DNA of 64,000 bases from Parcubacteria group bacterium (lineage in GTDB: Bacteria > Patescibacteriota > Minisyncoccia > Moranbacterales > GCA-2747515), in assembly GCA_041660065.1 (NCBI GenBank), contig JBAZXC010000002.1:102866-166865 (forward strand). Reading direction: 5' to 3'. Under the pieces are notes generated by a model. The model had not been told where the DNA came from, ran no database searches, and saw nothing but the letters and a program-made list of their open reading frames with translations. A program made the translations under genes and the position numbers. Every line of letters starts with the position of its first letter. Position 1 is the stretch's first letter. Below are positions 49,300-59,629 of this stretch, piece after piece.

Positions 49300-50241
49300 T
49301 TAATCATGTGCATCATTGATCTTCTCTTCCTTTATTTCCAAGGCTTCTTTTTGCTCCTTCTCTTTTTCACCAGTATCCTCTTGAATTTCCACACCATCTT
49401 TAAATTTATAAAAAATTTTTCCCGCAAAGCGTAAATCAACATATTCCAAATCATTGCGTGCAACCGGCAAAGCAACTTTGTGTGCAAAAAGTTTCGCCGT
49501 ATCCAGCGTATCCTTTGTCGCACTTTCCAACGATGCGAGAATTTGCCATGACTCATCAGTGACAAACCGTATCTCTCGCGACCCTCGTACATCAATAAAA
49601 TATGGCTGAACAATGCCAACATTAAGCGTGTAAATCAACTCTTTTCCCAAATATGCAATAGTATCAAGATCTTTTTGTAAAATCACACACTGCCCAATAT
49701 CAACATGATCTCGCGCCTTGTCCACGACAACAAAATGATCATTTTGTTGAATAAGCGCAGAATTCATATCCACAGATCGCACAACACAACCGTCTGCAAG
49801 TTCATAACATGCCCCCTCCTCACTGCCAATGCACCACACCGAAAATAATGCATATTCTTCCACCGAAATGACAATCGTGTCCGGAAAAACCTTTTTTATA
49901 ACAACGCTTTTAATTCGTTGATCCTCGGAAATTTTTTTTATAATGTCAGATGTATTTAGAAAAAAGTAATTGTTTCTTTTGATACGTCCGAAAATTTCCC
50001 CTGCAATTGTATCCTGTGTGCCATTGATAATATTCTGCGCATCTGTGCGATGTGATCCCTCCACAGCAATATGTGAAATCTCAGTAACAGGAGAATAAAA
50101 AAGCACATACCCAACACTGCATACAAAAATGATAACCATTAAAACAAAAAACCATTTTTTTGGATTTTTTTCTTTTTTTGCTGTTTCCTTTTTTTCACGA
50201 CTGCTTCTGACCACCTTGCTATTTTGTTTTCGCACGATCAT
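49300..50241 (-). CDS. ftsQ: cell division protein FtsQ/DivIB-like
   Basis: Basic N-terminus, TM, POTRA-like IKSVVIKKVFPDTIVISVEE, and C-terminal EYVDLRF. Confidence 0.7.
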   Translation of the reverse strand: MIVRKQNSKVVRSSREKKETAKKEKNPKKWFFVLMVIIFVCSVGYVLFYSPVTEISHIAVEGSHRTDAQNIINGTQDTIAGEIFGRIKRNNYFFLNTSDIIKKISEDQRIKSVVIKKVFPDTIVISVEEYALFSVWCIGSEEGACYELADGCVVRSVDMNSALIQQNDHFVVVDKARDHVDIGQCVILQKDLDTIAYLGKELIYTLNVGIVQPYFIDVRGSREIRFVTDESWQILASLESATKDTLDTAKLFAHKVALPVARNDLEYVDLRFAGKIFYKFKDGVEIQEDTGEKEKEQKEALEIKEEKINDAHD

Positions 50242-50244
50242 AGA

Positions 50245-51144
50245 TTATGTAATATGAATCAAAAGATCCTCAATCGCCAATTGTTTATTGACATTTGTAT
50301 CCTGTAGCAAAACAAGGACTGATTCAACTCGCTGTGCAATCTTCAATAAGTGAAATTTTTTTGTTTGCAGTGCTGCCAAACGCACACGATAAATCCACGC
50401 ATAAAAAAAACAGGAGAGATACTTTTCATCTTTCTTTGACAACTCCGTAGCCAACTGCATTCTTTCCACCAATGACATCCGACTCAGCGTGCGCAATTGA
50501 TCTCGCGCAAAAGAAATGATTTCTACAAACTCTGGATCATCTTGCAACCGATATGCATATCCGGGACGCCCTTGTGCATCATCAACACATTGTTGATCAA
50601 ACCCCTGTGCATGGAAATCAGGATCATTCACAAGAGAAAAATGCACGACAAAACATCGTGAAACAATTGTTTCGAGCAACTGATCAGGACGATGCGCGAC
50701 AAGAATGATAAAACGATTTTTTTGCGGTTCTTCCAATGTTTTTAATAACGCATTTTGCGCAGAGATCGTCATACGCTCCGCATCATCAATGATCAACACT
50801 TTGGCTTTTTGATCTGGGGCAAGTGCAAAAGAACGTCTCGCAGAAAATAACTGGTCAAGTGAAATGTCTTTATATACCATTTTTCCTTTTTTTTCTTCAA
50901 CAATTGGCGCAATCGTGACAAGATCGCTATGTGCTACATCACAAATCATCCAGCCTTCATTAGTTTCGCCACCGATGAGCTTCTGCGCGAAACTGCGTGC
51001 AATCGTCATTTTCCCCACATGTTCAGGACCGCAAAACAAAAAACTATGATGCATTTTTTTCTTATGTAAAAAAGCATTAAGTAACTGTAATTGTGGATGA
51101 TGTCCGATAATTGATTTTTTATTCACATTGTACATATTGATCAA
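50245..51144 (-). CDS. holB: DNA polymerase III subunit delta'
   Basis: HSFLFCGPEHVGK, IIDDAERMT.SAQNALLKTLEEP, TIVSRC. Confidence 0.9.
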   Translation of the reverse strand: MINMYNVNKKSIIGHHPQLQLLNAFLHKKKMHHSFLFCGPEHVGKMTIARSFAQKLIGGETNEGWMICDVAHSDLVTIAPIVEEKKGKMVYKDISLDQLFSARRSFALAPDQKAKVLIIDDAERMTISAQNALLKTLEEPQKNRFIILVAHRPDQLLETIVSRCFVVHFSLVNDPDFHAQGFDQQCVDDAQGRPGYAYRLQDDPEFVEIISFARDQLRTLSRMSLVERMQLATELSKKDEKYLSCFFYAWIYRVRLAALQTKKFHLLKIAQRVESVLVLLQDTNVNKQLAIEDLLIHIT

Positions 51145-52282
51145 TTATTTTTTGAAAATTTTTACGGAAATTGTGGCAGGAAAATTCATTTGCTTTTGCG
51201 ATCATTGTCGCACGATCATATCGTCCCTCCCGCTCTAAAAATCGCCGTACGCCATCTGCCATCATTTCAACTGTTGGCGCATCAAAAAGCTCGCCTGTTT
51301 TTCCATTTTCCACGATCTCACATGCACCGCCTCTGCCGAGAGCAATCACGGGAATACCGGCGGACAGTGCCTCCACACACACAATCCCAAAATCATCTTC
51401 TGCGGGAAAAAGCATCGCCCGTGCGCCGGCAATATATGACCATTTTTTTTCATCATCTACCCAACCGACAATTGTCACAGTCGGACCGGCAAGATTTTCC
51501 AGGTATTTTCGATCACTACCGTCCCCGATCACCATAAGTGGCAATTGCAGTTTATTACATGTTTCGATCGCCAATGCAACATTCTTACAACGCGAAAGTC
51601 GCGAAACGATAAGAAAATATTTTTCTTCCTGCTTGTGCTCTTTTATTTCTTCTCCACTTAGAGCAGATTTAACACCCGGATAAACCACATCTGCACTGCG
51701 TCGATAATATTTTGCAATTCTCTTTTGCGTATAAACTGAATTCGCTACAAGTACATCCGGCCGCTGTGCCGCTTGATGATCCCATACACGTAAATATGAC
51801 AAAAATAATCTCGCAAAAAAACCGTTCTTTTTATCAAGCATTTTACGCAAATAATATTCATTTTCATCCCACACATATCGCATCGGCGAATGGATGTACG
51901 CAATATGTTTTGTATTGAGCCGCGTCACGATACCTTTACTCCATGCACCGGAACTGGATATGATCACATCATAATCACGCAAATCAAATGTTTCCACAGC
52001 CGTTCCATAAAACGGCAACAACCACCGATGGTGCGCCCGAATCCAGCGTGGCCATTCCTGTAGGAAACTCGTGCGCACTCTTTCCGGTGGAAAGATCTCT
52101 GCCATACACGCACTGTCGTACAAAAGCGTATAAATCGGTGCGCTGGGAAACATCGCCGCAATATCACACAGTACCTTTTCCGCCCCTCCCCGATATAAGA
52201 GAAAATCATGCACAATCGCAACTCTTAGCTCAGACCGTTGTTGACTTAGTGTTTCTTTTGTAGTACAATTCCCCATTGTCAT
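51119..52282 (-). CDS. GT4 family glycosyltransferase
   Basis: VAIVHDFL..GGAEKV and EDDFGIVCVEA. Confidence 0.9.
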   Translation of the reverse strand: MTMGNCTTKETLSQQRSELRVAIVHDFLLYRGGAEKVLCDIAAMFPSAPIYTLLYDSACMAEIFPPERVRTSFLQEWPRWIRAHHRWLLPFYGTAVETFDLRDYDVIISSSGAWSKGIVTRLNTKHIAYIHSPMRYVWDENEYYLRKMLDKKNGFFARLFLSYLRVWDHQAAQRPDVLVANSVYTQKRIAKYYRRSADVVYPGVKSALSGEEIKEHKQEEKYFLIVSRLSRCKNVALAIETCNKLQLPLMVIGDGSDRKYLENLAGPTVTIVGWVDDEKKWSYIAGARAMLFPAEDDFGIVCVEALSAGIPVIALGRGGACEIVENGKTGELFDAPTVEMMADGVRRFLEREGRYDRATMIAKANEFSCHNFRKNFQKIIDQYVQCE

Positions 52283-52335
52283 AGTATATTTTTATAATAC
52301 GTTCATTTTACCACCTTTACAAACGGAGGCAACCA

Positions 52336-52713
52336 ATGCGCAACGAACGCGGACGTTACTTTACCAAAACCGGTCGCAGACTTCTTGTGATAATGTTGGC
52401 AGTGCTTATCGGTATTTTTTTGTGGCAATCAAAAAAAGAAACTCCCTCTAGGCAAGTGCACGCACTTCTCACACTGAAAGATTGCGCCCCTCCTCATGAG
52501 GGAATCACGTTTCACGAAAACATGGTCACCGTCAATAAGACGATCATATTTTGCAATTGTATCGCGGAATGGGAAAAAATTCCTGTACATACCATGATCA
52601 TTCTCGCAAATGGCACAACCATCTTACCGATCGAGGAAAGCTCCACAGCAGCGGTTTTTCCGACATCATTGCACCATATTGCAAAAGAAAACTGGCATAT
52701 TATCGCCAAATAA
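52336..52713 (+). CDS. hypothetical membrane-anchored protein
   Basis: GGAGG SD and N-terminal TM; fills the gap between two GT4 genes. Confidence 0.55.
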   Translation: MRNERGRYFTKTGRRLLVIMLAVLIGIFLWQSKKETPSRQVHALLTLKDCAPPHEGITFHENMVTVNKTIIFCNCIAEWEKIPVHTMIILANGTTILPIEESSTAAVFPTSLHHIAKENWHIIAK

Positions 52714-52784
52714 ATCGTGTTCACACAAAGCCACTTCATACAGATTAACACATCTGCAAAGTGGCTTTTATTTTTGGTGCCCAC

Positions 52785-53891
52785 CTATTTTCGCAAAAGC
52801 ATCTTTGCCACCAAGCGCGCGCAACGTTCCCATGTGAAACGTTTGATATTTTCATATCCATGCGCAATCGCAGATTCGCGCACATCGTGATTCGCGAGAA
52901 GTGCATATGTTTTTTCTGCGATATCCGTAGCGCTGAGAGGATCAACCAAAAGCGCACTATCTCCCGCAACCTCTCGCAAAGAAGAATTATTTGATGTAAC
53001 CACCGGCACACCAACTTGTTGCGCTTCCAATACCGGCAAACCAAAGCCCTCATAAAGAGATGGAAAAACAAAAACCGCCGCATTGCGCAATAATGCCCAT
53101 TTTTCATCCACACTGATGAAACCCGTCAGAACAATATCATCTTTAAAAGGATGGCTCATGATCTCCTCTTGGATTCTTTCAAAACCAAAACCACCCTTAC
53201 CCACCAAAACCAATTTATGCGAAAGAAGGAAGTGCCTGCGCAAAATTTCATACGCTTTCAGGATTTGTATAATATTCTTTCGCTCTTCCAATCGTCCAAT
53301 AAATATAATGAATCCCTTCTCTTGCAAATGATATTTATGCAAAACTGTCGCTGTAAGCTCTTGTTGTTCCGGTGGCGCAACATTCATCCCTTCATAGGCT
53401 ACGCGCACCTTTTCTTTTTTAACCTGATAGATACGCACGAGGTCGCGCTTGGTATTGTTTGACACGCAAACAATGTTACGCGCCCACTTGCAAGAATTTT
53501 TGATCCCACGACGCATAGACACTTGCTCATAACGTGAATATGCTTCAGGATTGATTTCAAACTCCAACCCATGGACAACGACGGTAGTTTTCTTTGGATG
53601 GATCGGTGGTGCAATGTGTCCCGGCACAAGGAGATGTGTCGGCCGATGGATGAGAAGTGCCAACGATAATCGCACATACGTCCAAAAACGTGGCGACCAC
53701 AATTCTTTGACGCGCCATGTTTTTGGTAGAGAAAAATCAATATTTTCTCTCGTGCCACGACGAAGATAGAGTGTCACATGCTCTTGTCCCAATGGCACAC
53801 GTAAATATTTGATCAGTTGATAGGAATATTCTTCTATACCGGTCCTTTCATGAAGAAATGCCCGCGATGCATCAATAGCAATTTTATTCAT
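52785..53891 (-). CDS. GT4 family glycosyltransferase
   Basis: IAIDAS..TGIEEY, GRLEERKN, FPSLYEGFGLPVLEA. Start at ATG 53891. Confidence 0.92.
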   Translation of the reverse strand: MNKIAIDASRAFLHERTGIEEYSYQLIKYLRVPLGQEHVTLYLRRGTRENIDFSLPKTWRVKELWSPRFWTYVRLSLALLIHRPTHLLVPGHIAPPIHPKKTTVVVHGLEFEINPEAYSRYEQVSMRRGIKNSCKWARNIVCVSNNTKRDLVRIYQVKKEKVRVAYEGMNVAPPEQQELTATVLHKYHLQEKGFIIFIGRLEERKNIIQILKAYEILRRHFLLSHKLVLVGKGGFGFERIQEEIMSHPFKDDIVLTGFISVDEKWALLRNAAVFVFPSLYEGFGLPVLEAQQVGVPVVTSNNSSLREVAGDSALLVDPLSATDIAEKTYALLANHDVRESAIAHGYENIKRFTWERCARLVAKMLLRK

Positions 53892-53986
53892 AATATGGGC
53901 GATCAATAGTTCGTCACTTGATAATAAATGGGTCGCATTTATCAATCCACTTGTCTATTGATCCAAATATCTACATGTCTAATAAA

Positions 53987-55006
53987 TTATCTCCTCGTTG
54001 TTGCAAGGATCGTTTTCTTATAAATATCGAGATTGTCCAATACCTTGCCTGTACCACGCACGACACAACGAAGAGGATCGTCCGCCACATAGCACGGCAC
54101 GCCGATCGTCTTGGTGATCAATTGATCCAAGTTTTTGAGAAGTGCGCCTCCACCGGACAATACTGTCCCCTTATCCATAATATCTGCTGACAATTCCGGT
54201 GGCGTATCTTGCAAAACTTTCTTTACCGCATTGATCACCTCACGCAACTCATCTTGCAATGCTTCCGTTACTTCGTTGGATGTGATCGTGATCGTCTTTG
54301 GCAATCCGCCCATCAGATCTCGTCCGCGAATATCCATGCGTTCTTCTTTGACTTGTTGCATCGCACTACCGATCTGAATTTTGATCTCCTCTGCCATCTG
54401 TTCACCAATCGCCAATGAGTATTTGCGCTTGATATAATCCGAGATTGCCTGATCGAATTTGTTACCACCCACGCGCGCACTATGCGACGCCACCACGCCA
54501 CCCAATGAGATCACAGCGATCTCACTCGTACCACCACCGACGTTGATGATCATATTTCCCTGTGCCGTATGGATCTTGATCCCCGCACCGATCATGGCAA
54601 GGATTGGCTCCTTCACCACATATGCCCTTTTGGCACCTGCCTTTTCCGCCGCATCCACTACCGCGCGCCGTTCTGTTGATGTAATGCCTGCCGGGATCGA
54701 GATCATCACTTCTGGTCGCACAAGAAAAAATCGTCCTGTCACCTTTTTGATGAAGTATTTGAGCATTGCCTCGGTCACCCGATAATCCGCGATCACACCA
54801 TCCCGCAACGGCTTGTACGCCGTGATTGTGTCCGGCGTGCGTCCCAGCATCTCTTTCGCCTCATTGCCCACAGCCAACACTCTATTATCGATCATCGACA
54901 CAGCAACAACCGACGGTTCATCCACTACCACACCGCGCTTCGGCACAAAAACAAGCGTATTCGCCGTTCCGAGATCAATCCCAATTTTTCGCACGATCAT
55001 ACTCAT
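53987..55006 (-). CDS. mreB: rod shape-determining protein MreB
   Basis: GIDLGTANT, EPSVVA, GGGTSEIAVISLGG, LSGGGALL. Confidence 0.97.
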   Translation of the reverse strand: MSMIVRKIGIDLGTANTLVFVPKRGVVVDEPSVVAVSMIDNRVLAVGNEAKEMLGRTPDTITAYKPLRDGVIADYRVTEAMLKYFIKKVTGRFFLVRPEVMISIPAGITSTERRAVVDAAEKAGAKRAYVVKEPILAMIGAGIKIHTAQGNMIINVGGGTSEIAVISLGGVVASHSARVGGNKFDQAISDYIKRKYSLAIGEQMAEEIKIQIGSAMQQVKEERMDIRGRDLMGGLPKTITITSNEVTEALQDELREVINAVKKVLQDTPPELSADIMDKGTVLSGGGALLKNLDQLITKTIGVPCYVADDPLRCVVRGTGKVLDNLDIYKKTILATTRR

Positions 55007-55015
55007 AAATGCCTA

Positions 55016-55804
55016 TTATTTACCTGTAACTCTGTATATTCCATTATCCAACATTTTCTTCTTTCTGTCCATGATCGTGCGATGTTTTGCCCAAAAAGCT
55101 TTGTCTACTTCTTCCGCGCACACACCCAGACTGATAAAATTTCCCATCACCAAATTGAGCAGGTCGATGTTTTCTTCGATCACTTCTTCACGCGATTTCC
55201 CCTTTGTGATCGCTTGCGCCAATTCCCCCAACTCCTCGATCATGAGATTGAGACGAAACATCATGTCTTCATTATTTGTACCTTTCATCGCAAATTTATC
55301 ATGAAATTTTTGGATCGCGTCATAATACATGTGCATCCCACATGCATTCTTTTGGCGTAAATCGATGTAACGACCACTGCGATAATCCTCGATCGGCTCT
55401 CGTGTCGTTTGTGTGATCTTTTTCGGCAGTGCATCCAACGCAAACCATTTGATCTTATCGCACTTATCTGGCTCCATGTTTTTTGGCACGCCGGATATGA
55501 TGCATGCAATATAATTAAATGCAACCCAATGTTGTTTTTCTTTATGTATAATATGATCCGTATGCGGTAAATATCCCCACACATCGATCTCGATATTTAA
55601 TTCCTCCTTGATCTCACGCGTTATTGCATCGATTGCGTTCTCACCATGCTTTACACCGCCACCCGGTTTGGACCACCAACCGGATTCATTGCGCACATCT
55701 TTACCCCGTCGCATAAGAAGCGCCTCACCTTTTTCATTGAGGATCAGCACACCGCCACCCACGCCAATATAATCCACTGCTTTTTTACACGAACATTTTT
55801 TCAT
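55016..55804 (-). CDS. Nudix hydrolase fused to MazG-like NTP pyrophosphatase
   Basis: PGGGVKHGENAIDAITREIKEE Nudix box; C-terminal EELGELAQAI..EENIDLL. Confidence 0.8.
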   Translation of the reverse strand: MKKCSCKKAVDYIGVGGGVLILNEKGEALLMRRGKDVRNESGWWSKPGGGVKHGENAIDAITREIKEELNIEIDVWGYLPHTDHIIHKEKQHWVAFNYIACIISGVPKNMEPDKCDKIKWFALDALPKKITQTTREPIEDYRSGRYIDLRQKNACGMHMYYDAIQKFHDKFAMKGTNNEDMMFRLNLMIEELGELAQAITKGKSREEVIEENIDLLNLVMGNFISLGVCAEEVDKAFWAKHRTIMDRKKKMLDNGIYRVTGK

Positions 55805-55816
55805 AAAATTCTTTCA

Positions 55817-57121
55817 TTATTCTTCCACCAATGTTATGTCTGCACCGATACTGCGCAATCTTTCTTGCAAATTCTCATAACCACGACTGATCGAGTACAC
55901 ATCGCGCAAGATCGATTTTCCTTTTGCGCCAAGCATCGCGACAAGCATGATCGCTGCCGGTCGCAATGCCGGTGGCGATGTCAGATCGGCACCGTGAAAT
56001 TTCGTCGGACCAGTGATATCCACGCGATGTGAATCAATGAGTGTCGCATGTCCGCCGAGACGATTAAGTTCTGTAAAATATACTGCGCGATTTTCGTATA
56101 CCCAATCATGGATCAATGTCTTGCCTTTTGCCATCATGGCAATCGGCACAAAAAACGGCAAATTATCCATATTTAGTCCCGGAAACGGCAACGCATGGAT
56201 TTTGTCTTGTAATGCGGTAAGTTTTGATGGGATCATTTTGATATCCACCAGTTGTGTCCGCTTATTGTATGATCGATATTTTTTAAGTATTTCATATTGC
56301 TGCCCCATTTTTTCCAATTTCAATAACTCCAATTCCAAAAATTCGATCGGACATCGCTTAACGACAAGCTCACTTTTTGTTGTGATCGCAAGAGAGAGAA
56401 AGAACATCGCCTCAATTGGGTCTTCGCTAATTGTATATTCCACTTTTTTCTTGAGATTCTTTTTGCCATAGATCTCCAATGTCGATGTGCCGATGCCCAC
56501 GATTTTTACACCAAGTTCTTCCAAGAAAAAACACAGGTCTTGCACCATGTAATTCGATGTTGCCATTTTGATCGTTGTTTTGCCGGGAATTTGCGCCGCC
56601 GCCATGATCGCTGTTTCGGTCACAGTATCCCCTGACTCATAGAGCACATTGCTCTCTGCGGGATGCAAAACATCTATCGACATATCAAATCCGCATTTTT
56701 GCGACACGATCTCGATGCCATATTTTTCCAAGGCAAAAAGATGCGGACGAATTGTCCGTGCGCCAAGTTTGCATCCTCCGGCCTGCGGGATGAAATATTT
56801 TTTGTGTTGCCCGGCAAGTGCACTGATGAGCATGATCGCACTGCGCGTTCTTTCTGCCGCCTGCACATTGATCGTTTCCGGCGTTAATTTCTTTGCTGGT
56901 GTAAGCGTCAGTGTCGCACCGTTTTTTTCCACATGCATGCCAATACTTGTCAGCACTTCGATCCATCGATTCACTTCTTCGATCTGCGGCACATTTTTCA
57001 AAACAGTGACATCCTGATTGATCACTGAAGCGGCAAGAAGCGCCACTGCGGCATTTTTTGATCCATTGACACTGATCGACCCATGTAATTTCTTCCCGCC
57101 GTTGATCTCAAAATATTGCAT
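55817..57121 (-). CDS. murA: UDP-N-acetylglucosamine 1-carboxyvinyltransferase
   Basis: GSKNAA, GGCKLGAR, YENR, RGYENL. Confidence 0.92.
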   Translation of the reverse strand: MQYFEINGGKKLHGSISVNGSKNAAVALLAASVINQDVTVLKNVPQIEEVNRWIEVLTSIGMHVEKNGATLTLTPAKKLTPETINVQAAERTRSAIMLISALAGQHKKYFIPQAGGCKLGARTIRPHLFALEKYGIEIVSQKCGFDMSIDVLHPAESNVLYESGDTVTETAIMAAAQIPGKTTIKMATSNYMVQDLCFFLEELGVKIVGIGTSTLEIYGKKNLKKKVEYTISEDPIEAMFFLSLAITTKSELVVKRCPIEFLELELLKLEKMGQQYEILKKYRSYNKRTQLVDIKMIPSKLTALQDKIHALPFPGLNMDNLPFFVPIAMMAKGKTLIHDWVYENRAVYFTELNRLGGHATLIDSHRVDITGPTKFHGADLTSPPALRPAAIMLVAMLGAKGKSILRDVYSISRGYENLQERLRSIGADITLVEE

Positions 57122-57264
57122 AAAATTCTCAAAATAATTACCCCCATATCTTCGTCAAGTATAGGGGAAACACCCTTTTTTTACAAGATAAATGACTTTT
57201 TCATTCTTGAATATTTTAAAAACCCCAATGAGAAAATCCTTTGTAACATTAGATTACGAATTTA

Positions 57265-57768
57265 CTACATTTTTAATGTCAAATGCACAGCATTATATTT
57301 TGGATCAGTTTTTGATTTCTCAACGTCCGTTATTTCATAATTTCTTGTCAAAAGCAATTTAAGCATTTCTTTTGACACATTATAAACTTTTACTGTTATA
57401 GATTCATATTTATTTTCTCTGGCAAATTGCTCATTTCGTTCAAAAAGCTTAACAGCGATTCCTTTGTTTCTATACTCTTCCAATACCCCCATGATCCACA
57501 GGTACAGAGAGTTGTTTTTCTCAAAAGAAATTGAATCACCAATAATTTGATCATTAACCTTTGCCACAAATATTTTTGGTTGTAAATTTTTTAATTTCTC
57601 CTGATATTGATCTAAAGAATATGGATCTTTCTCATACATACCTTTAAATATCTTGTCATTTACAAAAACAATTTGCTCAAGTTGATCAATGCCACACTCT
57701 GTTATTTCATATTTATTGGATCGCTCAATATTTGCACTTGGAAATTCTTCTCTCATAAAAAATGTCAT
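57265..57768 (-). CDS. GNAT family N-acetyltransferase
   Basis: MGVLEEYRNKGIA motif A; AT-rich. Confidence 0.85.
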   Translation of the reverse strand: MTFFMREEFPSANIERSNKYEITECGIDQLEQIVFVNDKIFKGMYEKDPYSLDQYQEKLKNLQPKIFVAKVNDQIIGDSISFEKNNSLYLWIMGVLEEYRNKGIAVKLFERNEQFARENKYESITVKVYNVSKEMLKLLLTRNYEITDVEKSKTDPKYNAVHLTLKM

Positions 57769-57991
57769 TAAATAAAATATACGAATACTTATTATATCGA
57801 CTTCAGTTTACACCTTATCATTAAAATACGAAATCTTCCACAATCTTTATAAATTATTAACCGTTTTTACAAGATAAAAAGCCATAAGCGAATTTTTATT
57901 GCGCGTATGGCTTGATAAATATTATTTCGTCAGAAAATGCCCTTTGTGACGAATAGATGTAAAGAAATGAACATCTCTTTTTTTATTTTTC

Positions 57992-58117
57992 ATAGAACTT
58001 GCGCGTTTGCGTACAGTTCGAGGCGCAATCGAGGAGCGGAGTAAGCTGTAGTATATGCTACTGCGTCGAGCACCGCAGATTGCAAACAAAGAAATGTGCC
58101 AAACGCGTAAGTTCTAT
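57992..58117. mobile_element. 126-bp palindromic MITE-like element
   Basis: Terminal IR ATAGAACTTGCGCGTTTG / CAAACGCGTAAGTTCTAT (17/18); GC-rich inside AT-rich intergenic DNA. Confidence 0.65.
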
Positions 58118-58164
58118 ACATTACAACGTTGTGTAATGATCATATATTCAATTGTCAAATGAAC

Positions 58165-58271
58165 AAAAAATCGGGCTTGAGTTATAAATAACTCACCCGA
58201 ATTTTCATCTCGTAGCGTTGCCCAAAAGCAGACTACTCCATAAGTATAGCACGAAATCGTGACGAAGTCAA
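58165..58271 (-). ncRNA. candidate ~70-nt small RNA with its own promoter and terminator
   Basis: TTGACT-17-TATACT (58271-58243), then a small hairpin, then a strong TCGGGTGAGTTAT..ATAACTCAAGCCCGA-T6 terminator. Confidence 0.45.
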
Positions 58272-58280
58272 TCATGCACT

Positions 58281-59567
58281 CTACAACCGATCTTTATAAT
58301 TCTCCGCCCAATATTTTACCTTATTGCCATATTGTTTGCACACAGTACGATTAATATTTGATCCGCAATAATAACGACGTGCCGCATCGTACTCCCCCTT
58401 TTCGCTTGATGCACCATCATTCGCGAGTTTGATCGCCATCGCCATCACGCCATCGGTGAGGCTCCATGGATTTGCCGGGCTGTTTCCGGTATAACTCTTG
58501 ATCTTGGATTCATATCCTACCCACGTTGTTGGCATGAATTGCGCCACGCCCATTGCTCCGCCAATCCCGTAACTGAGCGCACACGACACCTTCTGCTTTT
58601 TATAATCATAATCCAGATCTTTGCAAATACGCTTAAAGATCTCTAAATTTTTGTCACCCATCTTGCTTTGTTTATATGTACACCCGCCGGTAAATCGACC
58701 AAGATCTGTTTCCACCACAAGCATGCCAAGAATAAAGCTCTTACGCACACCCGTTTTTTTGCTTGCAAATTTTGCCGCTTCGACGATATCATCCGTGCTG
58801 AACGACTCGCCCAACAACGATGACAATTTTGACTCGACCGCAGAAAGCTTTGCGTTCAAATCCGCCAGTGTCGTATCTACCTTAACGATCTCTGTTTGCA
58901 CAGCGACGGATTGCGCCAAAAGATCTGATTCTTTTTCCTTATGCTCCTCTAAGAGCTTCTCTTTTTCGCTTTTGAGCGCGGCAAGTTCATTTTTTTTCTG
59001 CTCTTGCAAATCCTTTGTGGATTGCACCTGTTGCACCATCTCAACGATCTTTGAACGCAGTGACCCGAGATCATCGGTCTTTCCCATGAATCTCTGCATG
59101 CCATCATTATTTTCTATAACAGAAGAAAACGTGCGACCATTTTGCGCATAATATACATTGCGCATTGTCTCCGCCAATGATCGTTGATAAAGAAGAATCT
59201 GTCCATTCAATGACTGGATCTGTGCATCATGCCGATCAATATCCGCTTCTTTTGCTTCAATATCACTGATAACCATATCAATCGTACGCTTGGTTGCGCC
59301 AAGCGACTGTTGCACGACATTCAAATTTCCCTGCAAAGATGATTTTTGTGCTTCCACTTTTTCCACTTTATCCTCGTATTTTTCTTTTTTTTCTTCGTAT
59401 TCTTCTTGTTGTTCTTTTTCTTCTTCCGTCAATTCATCTTCTGAATCATCTGCATAGAGAACATTCCCATTGCACAAAAAAAGCCCCGCACATAAAATGC
59501 ACATCCAGATCAATAAATATATATTGCGCCTTCTTTGTCTTTTCATAGCATACCTATCATACCACAA
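58281..59567 (-). CDS. exported coiled-coil protein with lytic transglycosylase/lysozyme-like domain
   Basis: Signal/TM, long coiled coil, VETDLG, GAMGVAQFMPTTW, ANPW. Confidence 0.85.
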   Translation of the reverse strand: MWYDRYAMKRQRRRNIYLLIWMCILCAGLFLCNGNVLYADDSEDELTEEEKEQQEEYEEKKEKYEDKVEKVEAQKSSLQGNLNVVQQSLGATKRTIDMVISDIEAKEADIDRHDAQIQSLNGQILLYQRSLAETMRNVYYAQNGRTFSSVIENNDGMQRFMGKTDDLGSLRSKIVEMVQQVQSTKDLQEQKKNELAALKSEKEKLLEEHKEKESDLLAQSVAVQTEIVKVDTTLADLNAKLSAVESKLSSLLGESFSTDDIVEAAKFASKKTGVRKSFILGMLVVETDLGRFTGGCTYKQSKMGDKNLEIFKRICKDLDYDYKKQKVSCALSYGIGGAMGVAQFMPTTWVGYESKIKSYTGNSPANPWSLTDGVMAMAIKLANDGASSEKGEYDAARRYYCGSNINRTVCKQYGNKVKYWAENYKDRL

Positions 59568-59629
59568 AATGCGCAGACAAAAAACCGACCCACAGGATCG
59601 GTTTTATGTACATCGAATGAAAAATACTG

